This document shows, one piece after another, positions 48,962 through 59,615 of a DNA stretch of 64,000 nt (positions are counted from its first letter, which is position 1; every line of letters begins with the position of its first letter). Under the pieces are notes generated by a model. It had not been told where the DNA came from. It did no database searches and saw only the letters and a program-made list of their open reading frames with translations. A program made the position numbers and the translations under genes. The DNA is from an uncultured Eubacteriales bacterium (lineage in GTDB: Bacteria > Bacillota > Clostridia > TANB77 > UBA1234): contig CAZEVD010000001.1 in assembly GCA_964515475.1 (NCBI GenBank), forward strand, positions 156,125 to 220,124, given 5' to 3'.

Positions 48962-49870
48962 ATGTATTTGAAAATATATTCTGAAATATTATCTTTCTTT
49001 CCTGAAAAGATAAAAAAACATTTTGATAATCTTTCAAATGAAATTTGGACAAGCGTCAAAGAAATACGAATAAGGATAGATAGACCAATCCTTATTGAAT
49101 GTTTTGATAAAGAATATTTTTTAGATTATCTGGTAAAGCAAGAAGACATTTTAAGACTTATAGAAAATTTTTCGGAAAATTCAATGTATTCATTTCAAAA
49201 TGAAATTAATGCAGGGTTTATTACAATTAGAGGTGGACATAGAGTTGGGATTTCAGGGACAAGCGTTTTCGAAAATAATCAGATAAAAAATATTAAATAC
49301 ATATCTAGTTTAAATATAAGAGTAGCGCGAGAAATTAAATTTTGCAGTGAAGAACTTATGAAAAAAATATGTATGGAAGATTTTGAAAATACAATTATTA
49401 TTTCTCCACCAGGGTGTGGAAAAACTACGTTATTAAGAGATGCAATTAGAATTTTAAGTAATGGTAATGAAAATATAAAAGGTAAAAATATTGGTTTGGT
49501 AGATGAACGTTCGGAAATTGCTGCTATTTATAAAGGTGTTCCGCAAAATGATATAGGTATAAGAACCGATGTTATGAATAATTGTAAAAAAGAAATTGGT
49601 ATGCGAATGCTTATTAGAAGCATGGGACCTCAAATAATTGCTACAGACGAGATTGGAAATAATGATGATGTGAGCGCAATTATGGATGCGTGTAATTCTG
49701 GAATTAAATTATTACTTACAAGTCACGGAAATGATATAGATGATATACCAGATGAGCTTATAAAGAAACAAATTTTTAGTAATGTTGTGATTTTAGATAA
49801 TAATGGAAAACCAGGTGAAATTAAAAAAATCTATAGATTGGAGAGTAAAGAATATGTGGCTGTTTCTTAA
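48962..49870 (+). CDS. spoIIIAA: Stage III sporulation protein AA (ATPase)
   Basis: Walker A SPPGCGKTT; ATG at 48962 preferred, with RBS aaggag at 48946-48951. Confidence 0.85.
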   Translation: MYLKIYSEILSFFPEKIKKHFDNLSNEIWTSVKEIRIRIDRPILIECFDKEYFLDYLVKQEDILRLIENFSENSMYSFQNEINAGFITIRGGHRVGISGTSVFENNQIKNIKYISSLNIRVAREIKFCSEELMKKICMEDFENTIIISPPGCGKTTLLRDAIRILSNGNENIKGKNIGLVDERSEIAAIYKGVPQNDIGIRTDVMNNCKKEIGMRMLIRSMGPQIIATDEIGNNDDVSAIMDACNSGIKLLLTSHGNDIDDIPDELIKKQIFSNVVILDNNGKPGEIKKIYRLESKEYVAVS

Positions 49871-50381
49871 ATTTATTTTGATATTATTAGTGTTTGTTAT
49901 ATCTACGCTTGTTGGATATGCGCTTGCAGGAAGGTACAAAATGAGAGTTGCAGAAATCAATGATTTTATGAAAGCTTTAGAAATGTTAGAAACTAAAATT
50001 AAGTATACATATGATTCTTTAGGAACATCTTTTTTATATATTGCGGATAACTTAAAAACTAAAGTATATAGAATATTTTATATCACTGCTGAACTAATAA
50101 ATGCAAATAAAAATTTATCTGCGGGAGATTGTTATAAACAGGTTGTGGAAGATGAAAAAATATTTTTATCGCTTAATAAAGATGACATAGAAATAATAAA
50201 AGAATTAGGTGTTTCTTTAGGACAAGTTGATATTGAAGGACAATTAAAGACCATTAAGTTGGTACATACAGGATTGAAAAAACAATTGGAGTATGCGCAA
50301 GAAGAAAATAGTAAGAATTTTAAATTGTATAGAAATATGGGTGTCTTATCAGGTTTAGTAATTATGATAATTCTTTTATAG
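49854..50381 (+). CDS. spoIIIAB: Stage III sporulation protein AB
   Basis: Operon position, N-terminal TM, size. Confidence 0.75.
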   Translation: MWLFLKFILILLVFVISTLVGYALAGRYKMRVAEINDFMKALEMLETKIKYTYDSLGTSFLYIADNLKTKVYRIFYITAELINANKNLSAGDCYKQVVEDEKIFLSLNKDDIEIIKELGVSLGQVDIEGQLKTIKLVHTGLKKQLEYAQEENSKNFKLYRNMGVLSGLVIMIILL

Positions 50382-50394
50382 ATAGGAGATTTAT

Positions 50395-50589
50395 ATGGAT
50401 GTTGAATTGTTATTTAAAATTGCAGCAATTGGAATATTAGTTGCAGTGCTTCATCAAGTGTTAGTGCGTGCAGGTAGAGAAGATCAAGCAATGATGACTA
50501 CATTAACAGGTCTTGTAATTGTTTTAGCAATGGTGGTTCAGCAAATAAGTGAATTATTTAATACAGTAAAAACATTGTTTAATTTATAA
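50395..50589 (+). CDS. spoIIIAC: Stage III sporulation protein AC
   Basis: 64-aa two-TM protein, conserved AVLHQVLVRAGREDQA. Confidence 0.85.
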   Translation: MDVELLFKIAAIGILVAVLHQVLVRAGREDQAMMTTLTGLVIVLAMVVQQISELFNTVKTLFNL

Positions 50590-50602
50590 AAGGAGAATTT
50601 TT

Positions 50603-50986
50603 ATGAATGTTATTCAAATTGTTTCGATAGCTTTAATTTCCACTTTTATAATTATTTTATTTAAACAGTATAGGCCTGAATTTGCAATTTTAATTTCACT
50701 ACTTACTTGCGCTTTTGTTTTAGTTTTTTCATTTGAAAAGATAAAATTAATCATTTCGATGATTGAAAATCTTATAAATAATATTGATATAAATAAAGAA
50801 TTTTTTGCTATTTTATTAAAAGTAACTGGAATTGCGTACATCATAGAATTTGCATCAAATTTATGTTTGGATGCAGGTGAAAAAGCGGTAGCATCTAAAA
50901 TCGAATTCGCAGGTAAGATTATTATTGTTACTATGGCCATTCCGATAGTTGAAACTTTAATCGAAACAATAACAGAGGTGATTTAG
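50603..50986 (+). CDS. spoIIIAD: Stage III sporulation protein AD
   Basis: 127-aa 4-TM protein in operon position. Confidence 0.8.
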   Translation: MNVIQIVSIALISTFIIILFKQYRPEFAILISLLTCAFVLVFSFEKIKLIISMIENLINNIDINKEFFAILLKVTGIAYIIEFASNLCLDAGEKAVASKIEFAGKIIIVTMAIPIVETLIETITEVI

Positions 50987-52099
50987 TGAAAAAAATTTGT
51001 TTTTTAATTTTTATATTACTTCTGAACATGAATGTTTCATATGCTGTCGATGAAAGTAGTGTTGAAATATTTTTAGAGGAACTAAAAAATTATACAAATA
51101 GTAATTTTCAGCAAATTGAAGATAAAAATATTTTAAAAGAAATTATAAGTGGAGGGATTGTAGAAAAAGAAAAAATAATATCTGGAGTTGGAAATATTTT
51201 TTTTAAAGAAGTAAAAGAAGCCATTTCGTTATTAACCAAAATTTTATTAGTGACGATATTTTGTAGTTTGCTAAAAAATATAGGTCCGCAATCTGAAAAT
51301 AGTGTAAAAGAAATTGCATTTTATATTTGTTATTTAGTTGTTATACGGATTGATTATTGGTTCTTACATAAATATTAGTGATGTTTGTAAAAGTACAATA
51401 ACTAAACTTACAGAATTTATGAATTTACTAATACCACTTGTTTTATCTTTTCTTGTTGCAAATGGAACAATTGTAGCTGCAGGGATGATAAAACCAGTAT
51501 TATTGTTAATGATAAGTTTTATAAATGTTTTGATATCAAAAATACTTTTGCCAGTTACATTTCTATCATTGATTATGAGTGTTATAGGTAATATATCAGA
51601 AAATATTAAGTTTTCAAAACTTCCAGAAGTGATACAAAAAATTTCTTTAACGTTTTTAAAGTGTACATTAGCAATTTTTATAGGGATACTTTCAATAGAA
51701 GGTACGCTTGCTGCTAATGTTGATGGTTTTACTTCGAAAACAACAAAAGCAATTGTCAGTACAACGATACCAGTAGTGGGCAAAGCATTAAGTGATGCTG
51801 CAGATAGTGTAATTGGTGCAACTTCGATAACTAAAAATGCAATAGGTGTTTTGGGTATTATAGTTATTTTTATTATTGCTATTGAACCGTTATTAAAATT
51901 ATTTGTTTTAATGATTACTTTTGATATAGCTGGTGGTCTAATGGAGCCTATTGCTGATAAAAGAATTTCGAATTGTATGAGTTTAACTAGTAATTCGATA
52001 AAAATGTTATTAGCGTTATTAGCTGTTATAAGTATAATGTTTATTTTAGCAATTTCAATGATGATAAAGATTAGTAATTTTTCATTAATGTATTCTTAA
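50986..52099 (+). pseudogene. spoIIIAE: Stage III sporulation protein AE interrupted by +1 frameshift near 51338-51350 (ORFs 50986-51378 and 51338-52099)
   Basis: Combined length ~370 aa equals SpoIIIAE; signal peptide + soluble domain + 7 TM; two frames overlap by 40 nt. Confidence 0.65.
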
Positions 52100-52663
52100 G
52101 TGGAGATAGATATGATTATAGAAAGCTTAACAAATTATACATATTTACTTATTATAACTGTATTTATAACTAACATTATTCAAATGGTTTCACCAGAAGG
52201 AAAAATGAAAAAATATATTTTATTTATTTCTTCTTTAATTGTAACAATAATCTTACTAGAACCAATTTTGAAATTTATTAATAAAGATATTAATATGGAA
52301 AATATTTTTAGTACAAATCTAGAAGAATATAAATTACGTTTTGAAGAAAATGAAACTAACTTAGATTCAGAAATATTAGCAACGTATAAGGAAAATATAA
52401 AAACAGATATAATAAAGCGACTAGAAGATTTAGATTATACCGTGCACTCAGTTTCGTGTGAATATGATGAACTAACGTTAGAACCTAAATATATAAGATT
52501 AGAAATATCATCGTACGACGGAGAAATACGACCGGTTAAGATTGAGATATCAAATACCAATAGTAATGAAATTCCTCAGATTGAAAAATGGAAAATAGAA
52601 ACGTTATTAAAAGATACGTATGGATTCAAGGAGGTGGAAATCAGATCGTGGAAAAGTTATTAG
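52100..52663 (+). CDS. spoIIIAF: Stage III sporulation protein AF
   Basis: Operon position, N-terminal TMs. Confidence 0.7.
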   Translation: MEIDMIIESLTNYTYLLIITVFITNIIQMVSPEGKMKKYILFISSLIVTIILLEPILKFINKDINMENIFSTNLEEYKLRFEENETNLDSEILATYKENIKTDIIKRLEDLDYTVHSVSCEYDELTLEPKYIRLEISSYDGEIRPVKIEISNTNSNEIPQIEKWKIETLLKDTYGFKEVEIRSWKSY

Positions 52664-53205
52664 AAAAATTTATGAATAAGAAAACAGTAGAAAATTTAAT
52701 TGTTTTTTTGATTCTTATTATCATAACGATTATTGCATTGAATAGTATGTATAAAGATGAAGAAGAATTTACTCAAACCAGTAATACTATGATAATAGAC
52801 AGTCAAAATAAAACTGGATATAAAACTGAGTTTGAGATAAGACTTGAAAATGTTTTATCTAAAATAAATGGTGTAGGTGATGTAGATGTAATGGTTACGC
52901 ACGAAAATGATGTTAAGAAGATTCCAATGACAGATACGAAAAATATAACAACAATAACAAGTGAAAAAGATACAGCAGGAGGAGAAAGGAAAACTGAAGA
53001 GATAAATAGTGAAACAACAATTGTGTATGAAACAAATGGAAATAATAAAATTCCTGTAATTCAAGAATATACTATACCACAAATAGCGGGAGTTATAGTT
53101 GTTGCAGAAGGTGGAGATGATGCTTTTGTAAAAGAAAAATTAATTTCTGCTGTTGAATCGGTTACAGGAATTTCAATACATAAAATTCAAGTCTTTGGTA
53201 AATAA
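52646..53205 (+). CDS. spoIIIAG: Stage III sporulation protein AG (GTG start after RBS aaggagg)
   Basis: Single N-terminal TM + C-terminal ring-forming domain, operon position. Confidence 0.7.
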
Positions 53206-53208
53206 TTT

Positions 53209-53808
53209 TTGGAGGTTAACATGAATTTTAGAGTAAGTGTAATAAAGAAAAATCAAATATTAACTTGGGGACTTATAATAGTTTTGGTTATTGCAGGATA
53301 TTTAAATTATACAAATGATCCTCAACGACTATATAGTGTTGAAGTTGCGGATATGTATGAACCCGAGCTTGGAGATGCTGTTTTTGTTGATAGTAATAAT
53401 TTAGTTACAAATGTCGATGAATTAATAACAGATGTGAAAAATGAAAATTTTGTAAAAACATCGGATGAATTTTTTAGCGAAAATAGGATTAATAGGAATA
53501 AAATATATTCTGAACAATTAGAAAGATATGAAGAGGTCCTTAAAGAGGCTAGTTCAAGTGAAAGTAGTCTTAAGTTTGCACAAGAAGAAATTATAAGAAT
53601 TAACAATGAAAGGAATGCAATTACAATTGCGGAAAATCTTATAAAATTAAAAGGTATAGAAGAAGTTGTTATAATGGTTAATGGAGCGAGTGTGAATGTA
53701 ATTGTTTTGGAAGATGAGCTAACAGAGGCAAAGATTGCTCAAATACAAAATATTGTTCAAAATGAGTTAGGTGTAGAAATTTCAAATATCCATATAAACG
53801 AGTTATAA
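53209..53808 (+). CDS. spoIIIAH: Stage III sporulation protein AH
   Basis: N-terminal TM, YscJ/FliF-like C-terminal domain, operon position. Confidence 0.7.
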   Translation: MEVNMNFRVSVIKKNQILTWGLIIVLVIAGYLNYTNDPQRLYSVEVADMYEPELGDAVFVDSNNLVTNVDELITDVKNENFVKTSDEFFSENRINRNKIYSEQLERYEEVLKEASSSESSLKFAQEEIIRINNERNAITIAENLIKLKGIEEVVIMVNGASVNVIVLEDELTEAKIAQIQNIVQNELGVEISNIHINEL

Positions 53809-53930
53809 TATGCAAATGTAAAAATATGGAATGTAAAAGGCGCATTATGTAAAAAAAGTGTTGATAAATGGCGGGAAATGATGTAAAATCATACGGTAGA
53901 AAAGAACGCAATAGAGAGGAGTTTTTAATA

Positions 53931-54488
53931 ATGATAAGCGCAGGAGATTTTAGAAATGGTGTAACATTTGAAATGGATAGTCAAGTGTTCAAAATAGTTG
54001 AATTCCAACATGTTAAACCAGGTAAAGGTGCGGCTTTCGTAAGAACAAAATTAAAAAATGTAATGACTGGAGCTGTATTAGAAAGAACTTTTAACCCTAC
54101 AGAAAAAGTTCAAGAAGCACAAATTGATAGAAAAGAAATGCAATATTTATATAATGATGGTGATATGTACTATTTCATGGATAATGAAACTTATGAACAA
54201 TTACCATTAACAGCAGATGATTTAGGAGATACTTTAAATTATCTTGTTGATAATATGAATGTTAAAGTAATGTCTTATAAAGGAAAAGTATTTGGTGTTG
54301 AAGCTCCATTATTCGTAGAGCTTGAAATCACATATACAGAACCTGGTTTCAAAGGTGATACATCTACAGGTGCTACAAAACCAGCTACAACACAAACAGG
54401 ATATGTATTAAATGTACCTTTATTTGTTGATATTGGAGATAGAATCCGTATCGATACACGTACTGGTGAATATATGGAAAGGGTATAG
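53931..54488 (+). CDS. efp: Elongation factor P (start 53931; the track ORF from 53868 is an extension)
   Basis: [30 protein letters not shown]. Confidence 0.9.
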   Translation: MISAGDFRNGVTFEMDSQVFKIVEFQHVKPGKGAAFVRTKLKNVMTGAVLERTFNPTEKVQEAQIDRKEMQYLYNDGDMYYFMDNETYEQLPLTADDLGDTLNYLVDNMNVKVMSYKGKVFGVEAPLFVELEITYTEPGFKGDTSTGATKPATTQTGYVLNVPLFVDIGDRIRIDTRTGEYMERV

Positions 54489-54923
54489 GTGCCAAAGATT
54501 ATGTCAGAAGAGATGAAAAAGAAAGTTCAAGAAATTGAAAGTACTATTTCAAACAAAGAAGAAGCTACAAAGGTTCTTGGTTTGGTTACTGAATTAATCG
54601 ATATGTTTGCAACTAAAGTTGTAGAAGTTAAAGAAGGTCAAGTAAAATTAGAAGAAAAAGTTGAAGATGTTTTCGAACTTCTTTCAAACATTGAAGAAGA
54701 AATGATTGAAAACTTTAACAATGAATATGAAGCTCAATGCCCATATTGTGGAGAAATCATTCCGTTCAAGATTCCAGAAGAGGAAGATGAAGAGTTTGAA
54801 TGTCCAATGTGTGGTAAAGTGATTGAAATGGAATTATTATTCGGAGACGATGATTGTGATTGTGGTTCTTGCCATGAATGTGGTGGTTGTGGACATGATC
54901 ACGATGAAGATGATGAAGACTAA
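54489..54923 (+). CDS. Acidic protein with C-terminal Cys4 zinc-ribbon and CDCGSCHECGGCGHDHD tail (CD1247-N-domain-like), GTG start overlapping efp stop
   Basis: CPYCG..CPMCG ribbon; highly acidic. Confidence 0.45.
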   Translation: MPKIMSEEMKKKVQEIESTISNKEEATKVLGLVTELIDMFATKVVEVKEGQVKLEEKVEDVFELLSNIEEEMIENFNNEYEAQCPYCGEIIPFKIPEEEDEEFECPMCGKVIEMELLFGDDDCDCGSCHECGGCGHDHDEDDED

Positions 54924-55008
54924 TTCTAAAATAAATTAAACGACTAAGATATCTGGTTAAAGTAAAACGCTTTCAATTAGATATCTTTTTTATATAGGAG
55001 AGATTTTA

Positions 55009-56385
55009 ATGAGCACAAAAATAGAAGTTGTTAATCAAGAAAAAATAATGCAAGAAGCAAAACTATATACAAATGGGCTTAAGTATCACATTAACACTAT
55101 GGGATGCAAACTTAATGAAAATGATTCGGAAAAAATTGCTGGTATGCTTGAAGAGATGGGCTATGAATTAACTGATAAGGTTGATGATGCTAATATAGTT
55201 GTTTTTAATACTTGTTGTATAAGAGAAAATGCCGAAGAGAAACTATATGGAAAACTTGGAGAATTAAAAAATATTAAAGCTCAAAATAACATGATCATTT
55301 GTGTTGGTGGTTGTATGAGCCAAGAAGAGCATGTTGTAGAAAAACTTAGAAAAAGTTATCCACATGTTGACGTTGTTTTTGGAACTCACAATACACATAT
55401 GCTTCCAGAAATGGTTTTAGAAAGATTAAAGATAAAGAAAAGAGTATATGATGTTTGGGACGTGGATGGTGATATATATGAAGGTCTTCCTATAAAAAGA
55501 ACTAGTCCTAAGAATGCGCTAGTTACAATAATGTATGGTTGTAACAATTTTTGCTCATACTGTATTGTGCCTTATACAAGAGGTCGTGAAAGAAGTAGAC
55601 GTTATGAAGATATTTTAAATGAAATAAAGATACTTGCTAAAGATGGTTGTAAAGAAATAATGCTTTTAGGGCAAAATGTTAATTCTTATGATGGTGGCAA
55701 CGGATATAAATTTGCCAATTTACTAAGAGATATCGATAAAATAGAAGGAATTGATATTGTAAGATTTATGTCTCCCCATCCTAAGGATTTTACAGATGAT
55801 GTTATAGATGCAATTGCAGAGTGTAAAAGTGTATGCAAAGTAATTCATTTACCTTTACAATCTGGAAGCACGAATGTTTTGAAACTTATGAATAGAAAAT
55901 ATACAAAAGAGCAGTATCTTACTTTGGTAAATAAAATTCGTGAAAAAGTACCAGATGTTTCTTTTACAACAGATATAATAGTTGGGTTCCCGGGAGAAAC
56001 AGAGGAAGATTTTGAAGACACTTTAGATGTAGTAAGTAAAGTTAATTTCGAGCAAGTGTTCATGTTTATTTATTCTGTACGTAAGGGAACGGTTGCAGAA
56101 AGAATGGAAAACCACATTCCAGAAGAGATAAAATCTGCAAGATTTGATAAATTAAAAAGTTTAGCGGATTCTATGACTATGGAAGATATTAAAAAGTATG
56201 TTGGAACTGTTCAAAAAATTTTGATTGAAGGTGAAAGTAGAACTAATCCGGACGTTTTGACTGGTAGAACAAGAAGTAATAGAATAGTTAATTTCGTCGC
56301 TGATAAGTCATTGATAGGAAAAGAAGTGAATATAAATATTACAGCTGAAAAAGGTTGGTATCTAACTGGTGAAGTTGTTGAATAA
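55009..56385 (+). CDS. miaB: tRNA-i6A37 methylthiotransferase MiaB (radical SAM + TRAM)
   Basis: MTTase N-domain cysteines, CNNFCSYC radical-SAM motif. Confidence 0.9.
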   Translation: MSTKIEVVNQEKIMQEAKLYTNGLKYHINTMGCKLNENDSEKIAGMLEEMGYELTDKVDDANIVVFNTCCIRENAEEKLYGKLGELKNIKAQNNMIICVGGCMSQEEHVVEKLRKSYPHVDVVFGTHNTHMLPEMVLERLKIKKRVYDVWDVDGDIYEGLPIKRTSPKNALVTIMYGCNNFCSYCIVPYTRGRERSRRYEDILNEIKILAKDGCKEIMLLGQNVNSYDGGNGYKFANLLRDIDKIEGIDIVRFMSPHPKDFTDDVIDAIAECKSVCKVIHLPLQSGSTNVLKLMNRKYTKEQYLTLVNKIREKVPDVSFTTDIIVGFPGETEEDFEDTLDVVSKVNFEQVFMFIYSVRKGTVAERMENHIPEEIKSARFDKLKSLADSMTMEDIKKYVGTVQKILIEGESRTNPDVLTGRTRSNRIVNFVADKSLIGKEVNINITAEKGWYLTGEVVE

Positions 56386-56387
56386 GA

Positions 56388-56428
56388 TTAAGCACTCTGC
56401 TTTTATGTAAAGCAGAGTGCTTAATAAA
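56388..56428 (+). terminator. Hairpin terminator after miaB
   Basis: ttaagcactctgcttt..aaagcagagtgcttaa perfect 16-bp stem. Confidence 0.6.
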
Positions 56429-56481
56429 TTGTTGACTAGAACTGGTAGATTCGATAAAATTACAGTGTAGGAGGAGTTTTT

Positions 56482-58128
56482 ATGATAAACATTACTTATA
56501 AAAATAAAGAATATACAATAGAAAAAGGAAAATTTGTTATTGATTTTATTAGAGAAAATTTAGATGAAGATTTATTAACAATTTTAGCTTGTAAAGTAAA
56601 TAATGAAGTTAAATCATTAAATTACGCAATACAAGATAATTGTGAATTAGACTTAATAGATTATACTACTTCAGATGGTAGCAGAATTTATGTAAGAGGC
56701 TTAACATTTATAATGACGCAAGCTTTTGAAGAATTATACCCAGAAAAGAAAATAATAGTAAATTATTCTTTAGGACATTCTTTATATTGTGAAGATGCTA
56801 CTGGGGCAGAAGTTACTGACGAAGAAATTGAAAAAGTTATTTCTAGAATGAATGAAATTGTAGAGAAAGATTATCCATTTGTAAAAAGTGAATTATCTAT
56901 TGAAGATGCGAAAAAGATGTATGAAAGAAGCGGAAGAACAGACAAATTAGATCTTTTAGAAACTAGAACAAAAGACTATGTTTCTTTATATTCTTGTGGA
57001 AAAACAATAAATTATTTTTATGGTGTAATGCCAGTTTCAACAGGATATATGAAATATTTTGACTTGATAAATTATGAAAAAGGTTTTTTACTTGCTTATC
57101 CAAGACGTTTTAATCCAACAAAAGTAGAAAAAATAAAAGATACAAAGAAACTTTATGCTACTTTTAATGAATATGACAAACTTCATAAAGAGCTTGGAGT
57201 TCAAAATATTTCTGAGTTAAATACTTGGATTAAAGAAGGTAGAGTCTCTGAGTTAATAAGAATTTGTGAAGCTTTACATGAAAAGAAAATTGCTCAAATA
57301 GCTGATATGATTGCTGCAGATAAAAAGAAAAAACTTGTACTTATTGCTGGCCCTTCATCTTCAGGAAAGACAACTTTTGCACAAAGATTAGGAATACAAT
57401 TAAGAGTTAATGGTATAACATCTCTTGCGTTATCAATGGATAACTATTTCGTAAATAGAGAAGATAATCCAAAAGATGAAAATGGTAACTATGATTTTGA
57501 ATGTTTAGAAGCTATCGATATCAAATTATTTAACGAACAACTTTCTGCATTACTTGCAGGTGAAGAAGTTGAATTACCAACATTTGATTTTACGGATGGA
57601 AAGAGAAAATATCTTGGAAATAAAGCAAAACTTGAAGAAAATCAAGTTTTAATAGTAGAAGGTATTCACGGTTTAAATGAAAAATTAACTTCTGCAATTG
57701 ATAGAGAAAATAAATTCAAAATATACATAAGTGCTTTGACAGCTCTTAATATTGATAATTATAATAGAATTTCAACAGCAGATTCTAGAATGCTTAGAAG
57801 AACGTTAAGAGATTTACAATTTAGAAATCATCCTCCAAAAGCTACAATAAAAATGTGGCCATCAGTAAGAGCTGGTGAAGAAAAATATATCTTCCCATTC
57901 CAAGAGGATGCGGATGTAATGTTTAATTCATCATTAGTTTATGAAGCTTCTGTTATCAAAGGTTTCTTAGAACCACATTTAGCAGAAGTTGAAAAAGGAT
58001 CTCCTGAATATTCTGAAGCTAAACGCTTGTATGAATTTTTAGGATATTTCTTGCCAATTGATGCTAATGAAGTTCCTGTAAATTCAATATTAAAAGAATT
58101 TATAGGTGGAGGTTGTTTTTATAGATAA
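56482..58128 (+). CDS. P-loop nucleoside kinase (uridine kinase/PRK family) with N-terminal TGS-like domain
   Basis: Walker A LIAGPSSSGKTTFAQRL. Confidence 0.55.
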   Translation: MINITYKNKEYTIEKGKFVIDFIRENLDEDLLTILACKVNNEVKSLNYAIQDNCELDLIDYTTSDGSRIYVRGLTFIMTQAFEELYPEKKIIVNYSLGHSLYCEDATGAEVTDEEIEKVISRMNEIVEKDYPFVKSELSIEDAKKMYERSGRTDKLDLLETRTKDYVSLYSCGKTINYFYGVMPVSTGYMKYFDLINYEKGFLLAYPRRFNPTKVEKIKDTKKLYATFNEYDKLHKELGVQNISELNTWIKEGRVSELIRICEALHEKKIAQIADMIAADKKKKLVLIAGPSSSGKTTFAQRLGIQLRVNGITSLALSMDNYFVNREDNPKDENGNYDFECLEAIDIKLFNEQLSALLAGEEVELPTFDFTDGKRKYLGNKAKLEENQVLIVEGIHGLNEKLTSAIDRENKFKIYISALTALNIDNYNRISTADSRMLRRTLRDLQFRNHPPKATIKMWPSVRAGEEKYIFPFQEDADVMFNSSLVYEASVIKGFLEPHLAEVEKGSPEYSEAKRLYEFLGYFLPIDANEVPVNSILKEFIGGGCFYR

Positions 58129-58143
58129 TAAGGAGAATTTTTA

Positions 58144-58458
58144 ATGGCTAATTTTACAGAAATAGATGAAGAATTTGTTTGTGAACATTGTGGTAAAAAT
58201 GTTCCAAAGTTAAATTATTCTTGTAGGGATCACTGTCCATATTGTTTATATGCTAAACATGTTGATATAAATCCTGGTGACAGAGCTGAAACTTGTCATG
58301 GTTTACTTGAACCGATAGGAATTGAAAATAACCCTAAAAAAGGTTATGTAATAGTATATAAATGTGTGAAGTGTGGTAAGATTAGAAAGTGTGTTGCTGC
58401 GAAAGACGATAATATAAAATTAATTATTAAGCTTAGTGGTAATCCTTTAGCATATTAA
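58144..58458 (+). CDS. RNHCP-domain zinc-binding protein
   Basis: CRDHCPYC signature with additional CxxC pairs. Confidence 0.6.
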   Translation: MANFTEIDEEFVCEHCGKNVPKLNYSCRDHCPYCLYAKHVDINPGDRAETCHGLLEPIGIENNPKKGYVIVYKCVKCGKIRKCVAAKDDNIKLIIKLSGNPLAY

Positions 58459-58526
58459 TAAAAATAGGAATATTATTTAAATCCTTCTAATACTTATTTT
58501 ATAGATAAGTGTTAGGAGGATTTTTT

Positions 58527-59357
58527 ATGAAAATAAAGTTTATTATTTTAGTGGCGATAGTAATAGCTTTAATAATGATTTTTAATAATGCATCCCGAGA
58601 AGAAGAAAAAATTTCTTTTGATCCTTTAGAATTAGAGTTGGGGCAAGAGTTTACAGCTTTAAAATCAGATAAAGCTAAGTATGTTTTAAACTATTCTATC
58701 TCAGACGTTACTGGTGATACCGTAAATGATGTAATAATCGTAGTTGGCGAAAAAATGGATGAAGGAAAATATACCAATTTTGATGTAGTTGTATATGATA
58801 CTGATAGCGAAAAAATATATAAAGCAATTAATAAAAAAACTGCAAGCAAAGTAACAAAAATTGAATCAAAAGATTTAACTGGTGATGATTTGAATGATAT
58901 TATTTTTATTTGCGAAAACGAAGACAAAACTTTAAGCGTGAATGTCGCAGCATATAAAGAGGGGGGATTTAAAGAAATATTTAGTGAGCGAGAAAATGAA
59001 GGAGTTAGTGTAAGTGGAGCTTTTTTGGATGGATTTAAAGCCGATATCAATTTAAAAACTTTCGGTAAGAAAAGTACATATGACTTAAAAGAAAATAAAC
59101 AAAATTATATAACTAGTGGATTTTATGCTGAAAATGGGAAGTTACTTTCTAAGAATATGACAATACGAGCTTCGAAATTTGCAGAAGTTGAATTTGTAAT
59201 GCTTTCTAATTCGTATGGACTTAGAACTAAACAATTTATTAAAGGATTTGATAATTTAGACATATTAGATGAAATTCAAGTTTTGTGGAAATATGAAAAT
59301 AATAAATGGATACCTTGCGAAGCGATGAGTACAAAATTAGGAAATTTATTATATTAA
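58527..59357 (+). CDS. Secreted protein with FG-GAP/VCBS-like repeats (start 58527)
   Basis: Signal peptide; DVTGDTVNDVI and DLTGDDLNDII repeats; RBS aggagga. Confidence 0.45.
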   Translation: MKIKFIILVAIVIALIMIFNNASREEEKISFDPLELELGQEFTALKSDKAKYVLNYSISDVTGDTVNDVIIVVGEKMDEGKYTNFDVVVYDTDSEKIYKAINKKTASKVTKIESKDLTGDDLNDIIFICENEDKTLSVNVAAYKEGGFKEIFSERENEGVSVSGAFLDGFKADINLKTFGKKSTYDLKENKQNYITSGFYAENGKLLSKNMTIRASKFAEVEFVMLSNSYGLRTKQFIKGFDNLDILDEIQVLWKYENNKWIPCEAMSTKLGNLLY

Positions 59358-59363
59358 TTTGTA

Positions 59364-59390
59364 ACATTTTTTTTAGTTCTTCATAAAATA
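59364..59390 (+). promoter_or_regulatory. SigK-like promoter AC-N16-CATAAAATA upstream of small Cys-rich peptide gene
   Basis: Matches mother-cell sigma K consensus AC-16/17-CATAnnnTA. Confidence 0.35.
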
Positions 59391-59419
59391 TAGTATAAAA
59401 TTTATGGAGGTATGAGAGT

Positions 59420-59548
59420 ATGGATTGTTTAGGAAATAATTCTTTGGGAAATTTGTGTTGTAATGATATGAATTCTGGAGAAAACTCATGTTGTAGCAAT
59501 AAATTTTTATTTTTTATTCTAATATATATATTACTTTTCTTAAGATAA
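59420..59548 (+). CDS. 42-aa Cys-rich peptide MDCLGNNSLGNLCCNDMNSGENSCCSNKFLFFILIYILLFLR with C-terminal TM
   Basis: RBS ggaggt 9 nt upstream; CC doublets similar to 16.7-17.1 kb peptides; not in ORF track. Confidence 0.4.
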   Translation: MDCLGNNSLGNLCCNDMNSGENSCCSNKFLFFILIYILLFLR

Positions 59549-59615
59549 ATTAGATGTATCTAATAAGCAAGTGTGATAAAATTGTTTTATAAATTTGAAA
59601 GGGGTGTATATACTA